From: Lytechinus pictus
Lineage: Eukaryota
Direction: 5' to 3'
Assembly (NCBI RefSeq): GCF_037042905.1
Contig: NC_087251.1
Span: forward strand, 24,182,001 to 24,246,000
Length of the DNA stretch: 64,000 bases
Position numbers and translations under genes: made by a program. Under the pieces are notes generated by a model. The model was not told where the DNA came from. It saw nothing but the letters and a program-made list of their open reading frames with translations, and did not search any database. Position 1 is the stretch's first letter, and every line of letters starts with the position of its first letter. This document shows, in pieces, positions 28,506 to 40,129 of this stretch.

Positions 28506-29838
28506 CAATATCTAGGGGCATCCCCTGAACAACATCTGGGACATCCATTGGATTTCCAGCATAAGCACACATTTCTTCCACAGTTCCAAACTGTACTGAA
28601 AGCCCTCCTGCATTCACTGGTCCAGACACACCCACCGCGCTTCCTTGAACAGGTGACTGTAGAAGGATGCCATAAAGGCGTTGGCGGATAGGTCTGTACA
28701 CGAGACCAGAGGAAGGTGTGGCAGTGTCAGTGTCGTCATCCATGGTCATGTTACTTCTGTACTCTTGAAGGGCTATGACCTGCAGAACAAAGTCAGTAAT
28801 GTCCAAATTCCTGTGATAAGAAGCAACCTTGTTCATCACAGACTGGTTTATGTTTGATGTACATGATGACTCAACAGGAGCTCTTGCTGGACCAGCAGCA
28901 GCACCACTTCTGGATGGGACATCGCTCCCTTGCATCTGGTCACAAGCATAGTCCTGGATGCACTCATACAAGTAATCATGTTGGAAAGCTCTTCCTACAT
29001 CATAGGCAACAGAATGCAGGCTTGTTTTTGACAGGTCTCGTAGCTGTAAAGATCTGATATAACCTGCTACACTAGGAACAAGTGGATCACGTTTGCCACG
29101 AGTCACTCTTTTGTGGAACTGAGAGAGCATAGGAAAAGACACTGTGTCACAACCTAGTAAACAAGCAAGGAGAGGTAAGAACTGTGGAGGAATACCAAGA
29201 TGGTGACAAAAGATATCTCTCCTGAACAGTTGCACTTCTCTGACATGTCCATTGCTGCAGGTTATGTATAACCACTGTGGCACATCAAAGATCATGAAGT
29301 CTGTGTCCCTACTGACAATTCCAAAGCTTTTACTATTCCTGCAATGGAGAAACAGTTCTCTATCAACCTCTATGGAAGAATTGTAGATGGTAACTCCAAG
29401 GCCCTTCATTGCAAAACGTGTAAGAGTGCTAAGACTTGTTGGGATGTGAAACAGCTTGTGGTCAGGATGCCGTCCTGAATGCTTGATGAAATCAAAGATT
29501 TTGGAAACAGATTTCCTTTCATTTTGCCTCCTATCAATCCAGGTTTTAAATTTCTTCTTTTCCACAACTCCGTCAAACATAACAAGAAGCTCAAATCCAG
29601 CATTTTGAAAGTATCTTATAAACTCTTTGATGTGTTCTAAATACTGAAGCCATTGCCCCCCAAAGGCAAACTCAAGTGATCCATAGATATCCCTGATGTA
29701 ACCATTGCAGTCAATCAACAGCTGAGGCTTGGCGTTGTACCTTTGATAATACTGGTCAGCTAGTCTTCTGAGATCCACACGTTCAAAAGCATCAGGACAT
29801 TGTCCTTGGACATAAGACAGCAGTCCTCTCACACCCAT
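28506..29838 (-). CDS. FAM120B: FAM120B/SAN1-like protein, coding exon 1 (PIN/XPG-FEN1-like nuclease domain); exon starts at the acceptor at 29893
   Basis: 452-aa ORF begins MGVRGL..CP and contains LIDC, GGQW, MFDG, WIDRR, TRFAMK.LG, EVD, DTDFMIFD and LLGCD, matching the FAM120B N-terminus as I recall it. Polypyrimidine acceptor (ttctctctccttccctag) before 29893; donor G|gtaaat at 28506/28505, phase 1. Confidence 0.93.
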
Positions 29839-30168
29839 TGTGTGTTGTTACAGAGCAATATGGTTGAGCACGTCTTTTTGCAGATATCTTTCCCTAGGGA
29901 AGGAGAGAGAACAACAAAAGTATATACTGTAATATTAAGGGAGACTTTCAAATATGACTAGATTCTTTAATACCCACCAGTCAAAAAAATTACTTTCATA
30001 TTGTAATTTACACCTTGATCAGAATATTGTAGGGGTATACCAATAGGGGGTAGGAGGTTACTCTGTTAGAAAAATATATGTTTTTTTTTCGTGAATCCCC
30101 TTTTTATTTTATATTTTCAATTGTTAGATTTGTTGGGAGGGATATTATGAGCATTTTTCAATGACCGT

Positions 30169-30947
30169 GGGTGGTATTCTGAGGTCATTTTATCTTTAAA
30201 ATATTCTATTTTATCTCTTAAAATGAAATTGGTATTCTGAGATGACATTTTATATCTCAGATAAAATTCAAATTTTATCTTGTGTATCTATAGATGATAA
30301 GCCTACGTAGATTTACCAATAGCATATTTTTTTTACCATTGCAACGTGGATGATGTGCTTGCGTCCATGTTAATTTGTAGAAGAAAAAAAAGTTAAAAGA
30401 AGGTAGCGGCTATTTTATCTCCGCGACGTTGATTTCATCAGTATTTCTAGGTGAACTCCAAATGTTGACATGAAAATGAAGAAAAATTATAAATTCATTG
30501 AGAATAACACCTTAACGTTATTCTTGTACAATCAGGAAATACTTAATAAGACTTTTCTTGACTAATATTGTCTTTGACATGATGCTTGAAAAGATGTGAT
30601 ATAGACTTAGAAAAAAAAATGAGAGTATTGTCATTTTTTTTTAAAGAAATCTCTGTAAAGACATGCAAGCATATGGTGCAAGCGTATTTGAAGTCAATAA
30701 CTTAACAATCTCACTCCTTTGCCACACCTCCTGGCGGAATGAATTTCCATTGGTTGAGTGAGATGAGAGAGCTATAAAAGCGTGTTACTCATTGGATATT
30801 GATTAAAAAATAGGTGTGTCTTACAGAGATAAAATTGTTCTCAGAAAACTAATTCAGAGAGATTTTAAGGGTATTTTATCTCAAGGATTTTAACCGAGAT
30901 AAAATATTTTATTTCATCTGAGATAAATGGATCTCAGAATACCACCC
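30169..30947. mobile_element. MITE (Harbinger-like)
   Basis: TIR gggtggtattctgag / ctcagaataccaccc with subterminal ttttatct/agataaaa repeats. Confidence 0.75.
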
Positions 30948-31968
30948 CACGCCATTTGATTGACTTTAAAAACAAATAAAGAAAAAAAATTGATGTATGA
31001 ATCCTTAATTTTGCAATGTTATTCTTACCTCCCTGCTATTACGCAAATACTGTCTCCTAATATCAAATAATATATTATTGGTAGAAAAATAAGTTTAGGG
31101 GTATACACAAGTAAATGTGTCCAAAATCACCCCCCCTTAAGAATAACCTACCCATCTCCTCATTTGCATGTCAACAAAGTTTACATGTACTACGAATGTA
31201 GGACCAACGAGTAAATTAAAATTCAAACTGCATCCTCCTACCCTATAATAGAGCTTGAAATACTTAGTATTTTGCCAGTGTTATGGTAGGCCTGCAACAA
31301 AATACTTGCATTATCCAAAGCATAAAAATAATGAAAATGTTTGCTTCAACTGTTCTAGCATGTGGATATTTTTAGCATCCAGATGAGATTCATGATATTT
31401 ATTGGCAAATGCAAATTTTTTAAATCTAGCACCGCTCATGATTTTGCCGCCCTCTATACGCGTCTGGTGGCTAGGCTACATAACAAAGAAGACAAGATGG
31501 CGACAATAACAGATTGTGAGTAAACGCTCACGCTCTTAATTATTTTTCAATATTGTTACACTTTTTTAATAAATACACTCACCATTAGTGCGTGCGGGGG
31601 GGTAAATATACTTGTAGCCCATTTACATAAGTTTGGGCTCAAAACCCTAAACCACTCATTTTATTGAACAAGGTTACGATAAAACGGGCCTAAACTAAAG
31701 TTTTGATTTTAACTAAGTTTAATCGGGGGAAATGGCATGCCGTCCCTGGCTCCATGGAGATTAATTTAATCTCTAGGAGCCTCCTGGCTACACTAGTGTG
31801 AGTGAGTCTAGATTAAAACTTTCAAGTTTTAAGATAAAAAATAATCAAAGCCAAAGGACAAAGGTCAAATTCAAAGCTGTGCAGAAATAGATTAAGTGTT
31901 AGTTTAGCTCTTAAATGCCAGGTGAAAAAAAAATCAGGTCATCTATTAAATCAATATTGGAGAGTAAA

Positions 31969-33260
31969 CAGTGGCGTACCGTGGGTCACGGCATTGGGGG
32001 GGCACCAGCAAAATTTCTTAGTCGCTTAGTGAGCGTGCGAAGTGGGCTCAGTTGCCAGGTATACTTACCTAATAGAGACATTTTAAGGACAGTGCCATTA
32101 AACGGATATGTATCTCACTGATCAAATAATGCGAGCGCGAAGCACGAGCTGAAAATTTTTGAAATCATAATAAGCATAAATAAGCAATAATTTTTGTAAT
32201 CATGATACGTACCTGTCTCGCTAAACAAACAATACGAGCGCAAAGCGCGAGTTGAAATTTTTGTATATATTGACCATAAACAGGGACATTTTAAGGACTA
32301 TATTTTAGGAATCAATTAAGAGTATACATATTTCACCATAGTCAAGTTCCAAGCGCTTGCTGATCTTGTTAGAATTACATCTAAACACATGAAGCACTTA
32401 TAGTAATTGTAATCATGATTAACATACGCATCTCACTAATCAAATATTGCGAGCACAAAGCGCGAGCTGAAAATTTAGGAAATTCAGACCTGAAGAGGGG
32501 TATTCTAAGGCTTGTTTGTTGGAATTCACTAAGACCATACGTATTTCAATAACCAAATGATGCGAGCGCGAGCTGAACATTTTCGATATTCAGATCAGAA
32601 AAAGGGATTTTAAGGACTGATTTTAGGAATTCATAAAGAGCAGACATATCTCACAAATCCACAAATGCGAATGTAAGCACTGACAGGAAATGTTTTATAT
32701 TAAGACCTTAAAATGGGGCATTCACTTTAAGTAGTCATGAAAAAGAATAATATGTCACTACATAAAACAATAACTCGAAGTGCGAGGAAATGTATTTGGG
32801 GCATTATCCTGGTTTAAGTCACAACTCCATTCACTGCCGTTCATTTCGTCAGCAGCGGTGACTTCTTTCATCTGCCATTGACTTTCTACACACAACGAGC
32901 GCACACACGAGAAGAGAGGTGACTTATTTCAGGATAAGGCCACATTTGGTGTAGGCTTATATTTACTTGAAAACAGGAGGTTATAGTACAACAGGATTAT
33001 ATATCTCGTTAAACAGACAATGCAAGAACCAAAAACAATGAAGACATAGGCCCTGAGCAAATTATGTTTCATAAAGTTATGAAAAAGGTGTTTCTTATGC
33101 AATATAACATAACTTAATTATAATAATGAACAATAATTTCTTCTTTCCCACTACATTGCTCTTCCTTTCTCCCTCTTTTTCTCCTTTTCCGGCCCCATTT
33201 TTTTTGCCAGCCAATGGGGGGGGGGGGCATGTGCCCCCCACCCCCGCAGTTACGCCACTG
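31969..33260. mobile_element. Non-autonomous hAT-like transposon (1292 bp)
   Basis: TIR CAGTGGCGTA / TACGCCACTG; exact 8-bp TSD AGAGTAAA at 31961-31968 and 33261-33268; internal ~110-120-bp degenerate repeats containing gcgagcgcgaagcgcgagctgaa. Confidence 0.9.
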
Positions 33261-33290
33261 AGAGTAAACCTGGATAAAATTAGCTAAAGT

Positions 33291-34442
33291 TAGTTCATGA
33301 AACTTGGGCATAAGGTTAATCAAGTATTACTGAACATCCTGCTCGAGTTTCAGGTCACGTGACCAAGGTCAAAGGTCATTTAGGGTCAATGAACTTAGGT
33401 CAAGTTGGGGGTATTTGTTGAATTACTATCATAACTTAAAAAATATATGGATCTAGTCCATGAAACTTGGACATAAGGTTAATCAAGTACCACTGAATAT
33501 CCTGTGCGAGTTTTAGGTCACACGACCATGGTCATTTAATGTCAATGAACTTTTGCCGTGTTGGGGGTATTTGTTAAATTACCATCCTAACTCTGAAAGT
33601 TTTATGGATCTAGTTCATAAAACTTGGACATAAGAGTAATCAAGTATCACTGAACATCCTGTACGAGTTTCAGGTCACATGACCATGGTCAAAGGTCATT
33701 AAAGGTCAATGAACTTTGGCCGTGTTGGGGGTATTTGTTGAATTACCATCCTAACTCTGAAAGTTTATGGATCTAGTTCATAAAACTTGGGATATAAGAG
33801 TAATCAAGCATCACTGAACATCCCCTGTGAGTTTCAGGTCACAAAACCAAGTCAAAGGTCAGTTAAGGTCAATAAACTTAGGCCATGTTGGGGTAATTGT
33901 TGAAGTGCCATCATAACTTTGAAAGTTTATGGATAGAGTGAATGAAATGTGGACATGGGTGTAGTTGACAGTCTTAAGTCTCTGTTCAAATGTCATTTAT
34001 GGTCAATGAACGTGGTATTATGTCATTATATGAATGATGTTTTTGTGAATGATTATTTTATAGTAGTTTTCAAAGTTAGCACTGCTGCTATATTAAATTG
34101 CGTAATGCAGGCGAGACTGCCAGAGGCGTTCCACTTGTTAAGTTATGATGTCATTTCAAAAACTTAACCTTCGATTAAGATTTTGAAAATAATTCTCCCA
34201 ACATGGTCTAAGTTCATTGACCCTAAATGACCTTTGACCTTGGTCATGTGACCTGAAACTCAGGCAGGATGTTTAGTAATACTTGATTGACCTTATGTCC
34301 AAGTTTCATGAACTAGGTCCATATACTTTCTAAGTTATGATGACATTTCAAAAACTTACCCTTAGGTTAAGATTTGATGTTGACGCCGCCGCCATCGGAA
34401 AAGCGGCGCCTATAGTCTCGCTCTGCTATGCAGGCGAGACAA
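33291..34442. mobile_element. Helentron-associated (HINE/DINE-1-like) element in two oppositely oriented pieces (33291-34139 plus; 34140-34442 minus)
   Basis: ~160-bp tandem monomers with ggtcaaaggtca cores; both termini match the intact copy at 61641-62492. Confidence 0.75.
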
Positions 34443-34444
34443 TA

Positions 34445-35262
34445 AAATGTGGAAACAGAAATTATGCACTTACCACGATTATATGGATGAAGGTCTATCA
34501 TGACACACAAATCCTGACATCGAGGCACAGACTGGAACCTCAAAAAAACAAAAAGTTCTGTCGCGATACCTCTCCTTCTTTCAAAATTCAAAACAAAATG
34601 GCCGATCGAGACCGAGGCTATATTTGGTTTTTTTGAGGTTCCAGTTATTAGCTCACTGCAACCATCCTGCCTGTGGGGAATCTACAGGTAGGACTATCGT
34701 ATGCCAATGCTATACAGAGCACACACTTTAAAAAATCTTTAAAATATCACTTTTGTGACCAAAATTACTAATTTCCATACAGTTGCAATTTATTTTTCAT
34801 TAGTAACTTGGGAATAATTTTTGTATTCACCAGAGCGCTCAAAACTTGAATTTTGGGCATATTTTTGTGTATGCCCTCTACTGGTGGAAAGTAATATGGC
34901 AAGAAAATTTTCATTTTTCAATCTCTATTTTTAATTAAGAAAAAAATAATTTAAAGAATCAAATTTACTTAAGAGCCAAGTTGTATGATGAATAGGTGTA
35001 ATGGAAACTGTCAGTGTAAAAAAATCAAGCATTTGTCCCAAAGAAAAAGAGAAAATAAGCCAAACATTGCCACCCTTAGCTTATTTTGCCACACATGGAG
35101 ATATAACAGAGAACCACTCATTCAATGAACAAGGTTATATCATAACCTTGTTCATTGAATGAGTGGTTCCAGCTCCAGTCTGTGCCTCGATGTCAGGATT
35201 TGTGTGTCACGATAGACCTTCATCCAAATAATCGTGGTAAGTGCATAATTTCTGTTTCCATA
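34445..35262. mobile_element. Diverged, interrupted relative of the palindromic element at 39516-40129
   Basis: 34452-34620 aligns with the left arm and 35173-35257 with the right arm (cctgacatcgaggcacagactgga; cacttaccacgatt). Confidence 0.75.
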
Positions 35263-35338
35263 TTCTATTAAGATTACTATTGAGACCCCAATCTTACCCC
35301 AGTCCCGTGTCTCCTTCGTTTTGCACGGTCGACTCCTG

Positions 35339-38300
35339 GGGCCCGTTTCTCAACACATGGACAAGTTAGTCATATCTTTATTCACCAACCACGGAGTTAG
35401 TTCCAATCTTACTAAACCTGTTTCTCGAAAGGCTTCCTAACTAGAATACCTTGATATCGATACTATCGGTAAAAAGAGCAGACGAGACGTAGCCTTAGTC
35501 ACAAAATAGCATAATTTTCAAAAAGAAAAATTATGACAAAATTGCAAATATTATGATGAATTGGGAAATTAATCTTTTCAAAATAATAGCACATGTGAAT
35601 TATGCATCATACATACTTAGACCATGAAGACTGGAGCATTCAATTGCAGAGAAAATTAAATTATGAATAATTCATTTCATGACTAAAAAATCACTTGTGG
35701 ACGTTTAGATGGGTACCCCTGGGAGACCCAATTTTACGAAAGTAAACCATAACGGTTTTCTTTGTAAAATGATAATTATACAGACTTTTATGATTCCAAA
35801 CGTCATCAAAATATAGTTTAACTAGACATTTTTAATCATTGATACCAAAAGATACGATATTGGACAAATTATATGCATAAATTAGATATAGAATTCATCC
35901 AACTGTTAATAGGGGTCTGAAAACATCAATACAAGTTCAGTTATGGATGGCATGACGTGGTAGAATCTTTATCAATTAAATCATTTTACTATTTCAAAAT
36001 GAATGGTTTTGTAGCGTTTACCAACACCTGAGTCGAATCGATTTTAAAATCGGTGTTCGATCGATGTCATCGAACACCGGTGCAGATTTTGCAAAATCAG
36101 CGCATCGAAAAAAAAAAGGAAAAAAATGTCGGCCGGCCGATTCGTTCAATGGTTCACACAATCAATTATCAAAATATCAGTTATGTCCAACTTGACTATT
36201 ACTTACTTGATTTCTATTGCCCCCAAAATGAAACCGATTGTGTAATTATGATGCTTATTCACCATTAATTTGCAGTTTATTTCGATCATAGTTCGAGTCT
36301 TACTCGTCTGCTCGTGCCGAGATAATTTATGCACGATGAATTCATGAATGGAAGTCATGGCCATCGATCGTGCATGCGCAGTAGGATGGGGGATCGGGTG
36401 TCCGGACAGTTTATATTTTTGAAGCCTTCTTTTTTGTCTTTGGATTACACTATAAATATGAATTCAATACTTGTAATCATCTTCTATTTTGTTCTTTATA
36501 ATATTTCCTAACATTTTGTACTAAAAATTGATGAAACTTCGCTTGTAATTTTTTCCAAATGACTTTCTAAAATTGATCGTCCGGACATACAACCTGTCCG
36601 GTCACACAACAACTGGGTATACTGTTCTTTAATCAAACCAGAAAATGGCCGGAAATTGACGCGATCAACGTAAAATAAATCTTGCTTTCATGAACAATAT
36701 TAATATCATGACCACAGAACATTATTTAATCATAATATTTAACTATAATTTGCATATGATAATCATTAATATGAATTTAGAGCTTGATGTGAAACGTTTG
36801 TATTTCGTTTCAATTTTCAATGGCGGACATCTCATGACGATCGACTTGAGTCGAGTGAGTGCACTTGTCTAAAAAAAAATAATTATCACGTCAGGATTGA
36901 TTCTCAAACATTGTCTACATGCAAAAACTCTTTTCAAAATCGTAATATCACCATATAATAACATTTTACATGACAAAACAGAGAAAATTGCGTTTTATAT
37001 TTTTTTCCCATCAATTTGAAGCTAGTTTGTACCCAACTTTGGGCTCTGATTTCATGAATGGAAAATATGTCATATGTCATCGAATTAACACGCATGCGCA
37101 TTATTCTTCTTTTCTCGGAGCTCGGAGACGTCCAGAGATGGAATAACAATAGAAATAATGCCAGTATTTATTCTTCCATATGAACATAACATACTTTGCT
37201 GACATTGTCAATATTCTTAGTATGACCATAAAATCTTGTTAAATCGTAATAATTTATATGAATCTAGGGCTCGATTCGAAACATTTGTATTTATTTCGAT
37301 CGCATGCTCAATTGTGTCTAAAAAAATGGGTTGTCAGTATCAGGATTAATTCTCGAACATCGTCATAACTCATATTCCACAATCTTTCCTCACAATCGTT
37401 ATATCAGCATTGAATAGCAATTGAAATGACCATCCAGAGAAAATTACGTATTTATTCTCATAAATTTATTTGGAACTCATTTTGGATCCATCTACACAAT
37501 CTCAAGCAAGTTACAGCGCTCTCCGTTGGTTGCACTTGTTTGCTGGCGCTGACAAGCACGCCTGTCATTTCGGGAGAGTGAGTGTAGACTACGGGGCTGC
37601 GGACGGGACTGGTGAATGCGAGTCTGGACTGCGAATGCTAGTCGACCGAAAATCATTCGGATCGACTCTGCGTGATTCATGTCTTTATTATTGTTTCATT
37701 TTAAACTTATATGTTGTCATCTGCAAATATCATTGTTGAAGATATTTTGGGAAGAATTCTGAATTGGTCCCCCGCCTTTTTTTGTGTTTTGTGGTCATGG
37801 AAAATACAAACGAACTTTGCTCTGTCATCACATACCGTCAGTGCGTATAATGCATACATTCATTTTCCCCGCCTTCAATATTCGATGCATCGATCGAATT
37901 AAAGCTGTCGAACACCGGTTTTCAAAATAATCGATATGACTCAGGCTTAGTTTTTATAGTTTCTTTGTATTACAATTATCATTGAATGCATTAGCCCCCT
38001 TGTTTTGTGATGTAATTTCAACCACTATGATTGATTACGTAAGATTATAATTTTAAAATTTCTAGGCACTTTCGCATGTCATAGTCTACCCACGTACACC
38101 CATGGGTTCATATTGTCTCGCGTGCGAAGGAATATCAGTCATATGCACGCGACACACACGACACATCCAAAATATACTGGGCTTTTGCCAACATAAAATA
38201 TCACGCATAATCTGGTATTTCACATTCTGCTATGACACTTACCGAATCATTTAGATCCCTCCGTGACTTCTCCTTGAAGTTTCTTTTAAAAAATATGTAT

Positions 38301-39293
38301 ATTTTCTTGATCTTTAGTGAAGATTTCACGGAGATAAAAATTGGTCAGCGTGGATATCAATTTTCGCCTGAAGAGGGCGTGCGATTTATATTCATATCAA
38401 AGACACGACAAGGGAAAGACAAGGCACCTACACTATTTTACACGCAAATCGACGCAAGGCATTACGCGAAGTCCGTGAAGTGTCCAATCTTTTCATCGTA
38501 TAGACTTTGGTATAGTGCCTTATTATTTGACATTCGTTAAAGCTTGTACTGCTGGTTTCGTTCCAGGCATGTGTATTTTTTTCATTTTTTTTTTTATTAG
38601 TCATCGTTTTAAATTAATTGCAAAAAAGTGTTATCATCGCCAATAGTAATCTTGAATTATGTTTTTGAAGGTATTTCATTTATTGGTGCCCATAATTAGT
38701 AAAGTCATTATAAGAATTGCGCATTCAAAGAATTTAGACACAGTTATAAAATTACCGAGGAGCTGAATCAAGGTTGTGAAATTTATTAGCGCCACCAACG
38801 GGCTTCCTTGTATTTCCTTAGAAGAGACAAACGAAGTCACTTGCTAGGCCGAGGTAAGCGAAATTTGCTCTTTTTGTAATGAAATTACTTCATAATCATA
38901 TATAGGCCCTATATGTATAATTTTTTGATGTATTGCTACTTACCGGAAAGAGCCCCGGTGCGTAGCGAGAAGGAGTTTCGGCAAATATTACTTCAGCACT
39001 GAAGCGATGTTTGCCGACTACTTCGAAATCCAGTGTCAAACACGGTCCCTTGTACAAGGTTAGTACCGGTATATACACTAACCTCGTATTAGTGTGAGTG
39101 ACCCACGTAATGCCAAGTGCTACGTCATTAAGAAAGAAGTTAAGACAGGTTCGGAGGTGTCATAAATATTTAGTGAGGTTGTTGTACCCGATCTTGGTAA
39201 AGAGGGCTTCGTGAAACGATTAGTGGACAAGTAGCTCACTATCTCCGATTTAGTCAAGAAGTTAGACTTATGACGGTGTTGAGAAACGGGCCC
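35339..39293. mobile_element. ~3.95-kb non-autonomous PIF/Harbinger-like element
   Basis: TIR GGGCCCGTTTCTCAACAC / GTGTTGAGAAACGGGCCC with CTG duplication at 35336-35338 and 39294-39296; no transposase ORF inside. Confidence 0.8.
36027..37945. mobile_element. Nested TIR element inside the Harbinger-like element
   Basis: Imperfect TIR cctgagtc..atcgatt..ggtgttcga / tcgaacaccgg..aatcgat..gactcagg; internal ~200-bp direct duplication (about 36865-37050 vs 37315-37490). Confidence 0.6.
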
Positions 39294-39515
39294 CTGGAGT
39301 CACCCAAGGGTTCATTACATGCCGCCGCGCACAGAAAAATCAAGCCATAGAAGTCGTGTGTTGTGGACCCAAGAAGTGAGATCCCAGCACGCGCGACCCA
39401 CTACTTAGAAATCCACTGCCAAACGTGGTTCGTGGTGCGAGGTTAGTATACGGGCTACTAACCTCGCAATACGTGTGAGAGCCTGGCTGGGCTCCGGCCC
39501 CTTCTTGGGTTACGC

Positions 39516-40129
39516 TAACCCAGAGAGCTCCAGCCCGCGTAGCGGGCTGGAGCCCAGACGCTCAGTGTGCAAACGGGCATTCAGGTGAGAGTACCGTGAA
39601 GTTTGGTCAAAATAATTTTGATAATACATAATTAAAACAGAAATTAAGCACTTACCACGATTGTATGGATGATAGTCTAACGAGTGGCAGTTTCCTGACA
39701 TCGAGGCACAGACTGGAACCTCAAAAAACGATCAGTTCTGTCGCGGTGGCTCTCCTTCTTTCAAAATTCATAGCAAAATGGCCGTTCGAGAGGGTGTAGG
39801 GCGCATGCGCGAATTTGACAAAGTCTATATGCGCTAGTGCTATACTAGCCTCGGTCTCGATCGGCCATTTTGTGTTGAATTCTGAAAGAGGAGAGCTACC
39901 GCGACAGAACTGATCGTTTTTTGAGGTTCCAGTCTGTGCCTCGATGTCAGGAAACTGCCACTCGTTAGACTATCATCCATACAATCGTGGTAAGTGCTTA
40001 ATTTCTGTTTTAATTATGTATTATCAAAATTATTTTGACCAAACTTCACGGTACTCTCACCTGAATGCCCGTTTGCACACTGAGCGTCTGGGCTCCAGCC
40101 CGCTACGCGGGCTGGAGCTCTCTGGGTTA
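39516..40129. mobile_element. 614-bp palindromic Mutator/MULE-like element with ~275-bp TIRs
   Basis: TAACCCAGAGAG / CTCTCTGGGTTA termini; arms essentially identical for over 200 bp; exact 9-bp duplication GGGTTACGC at 39507-39515 and 40130-40138. Confidence 0.9.

Noticed and set aside
31490..31525. Plus-strand AAGATGGCG...GATT|gtgagt as first coding exon of a divergent gene
   Set aside because: Only six codons, adjacent to repeat-like sequence, and no downstream exons could be found.
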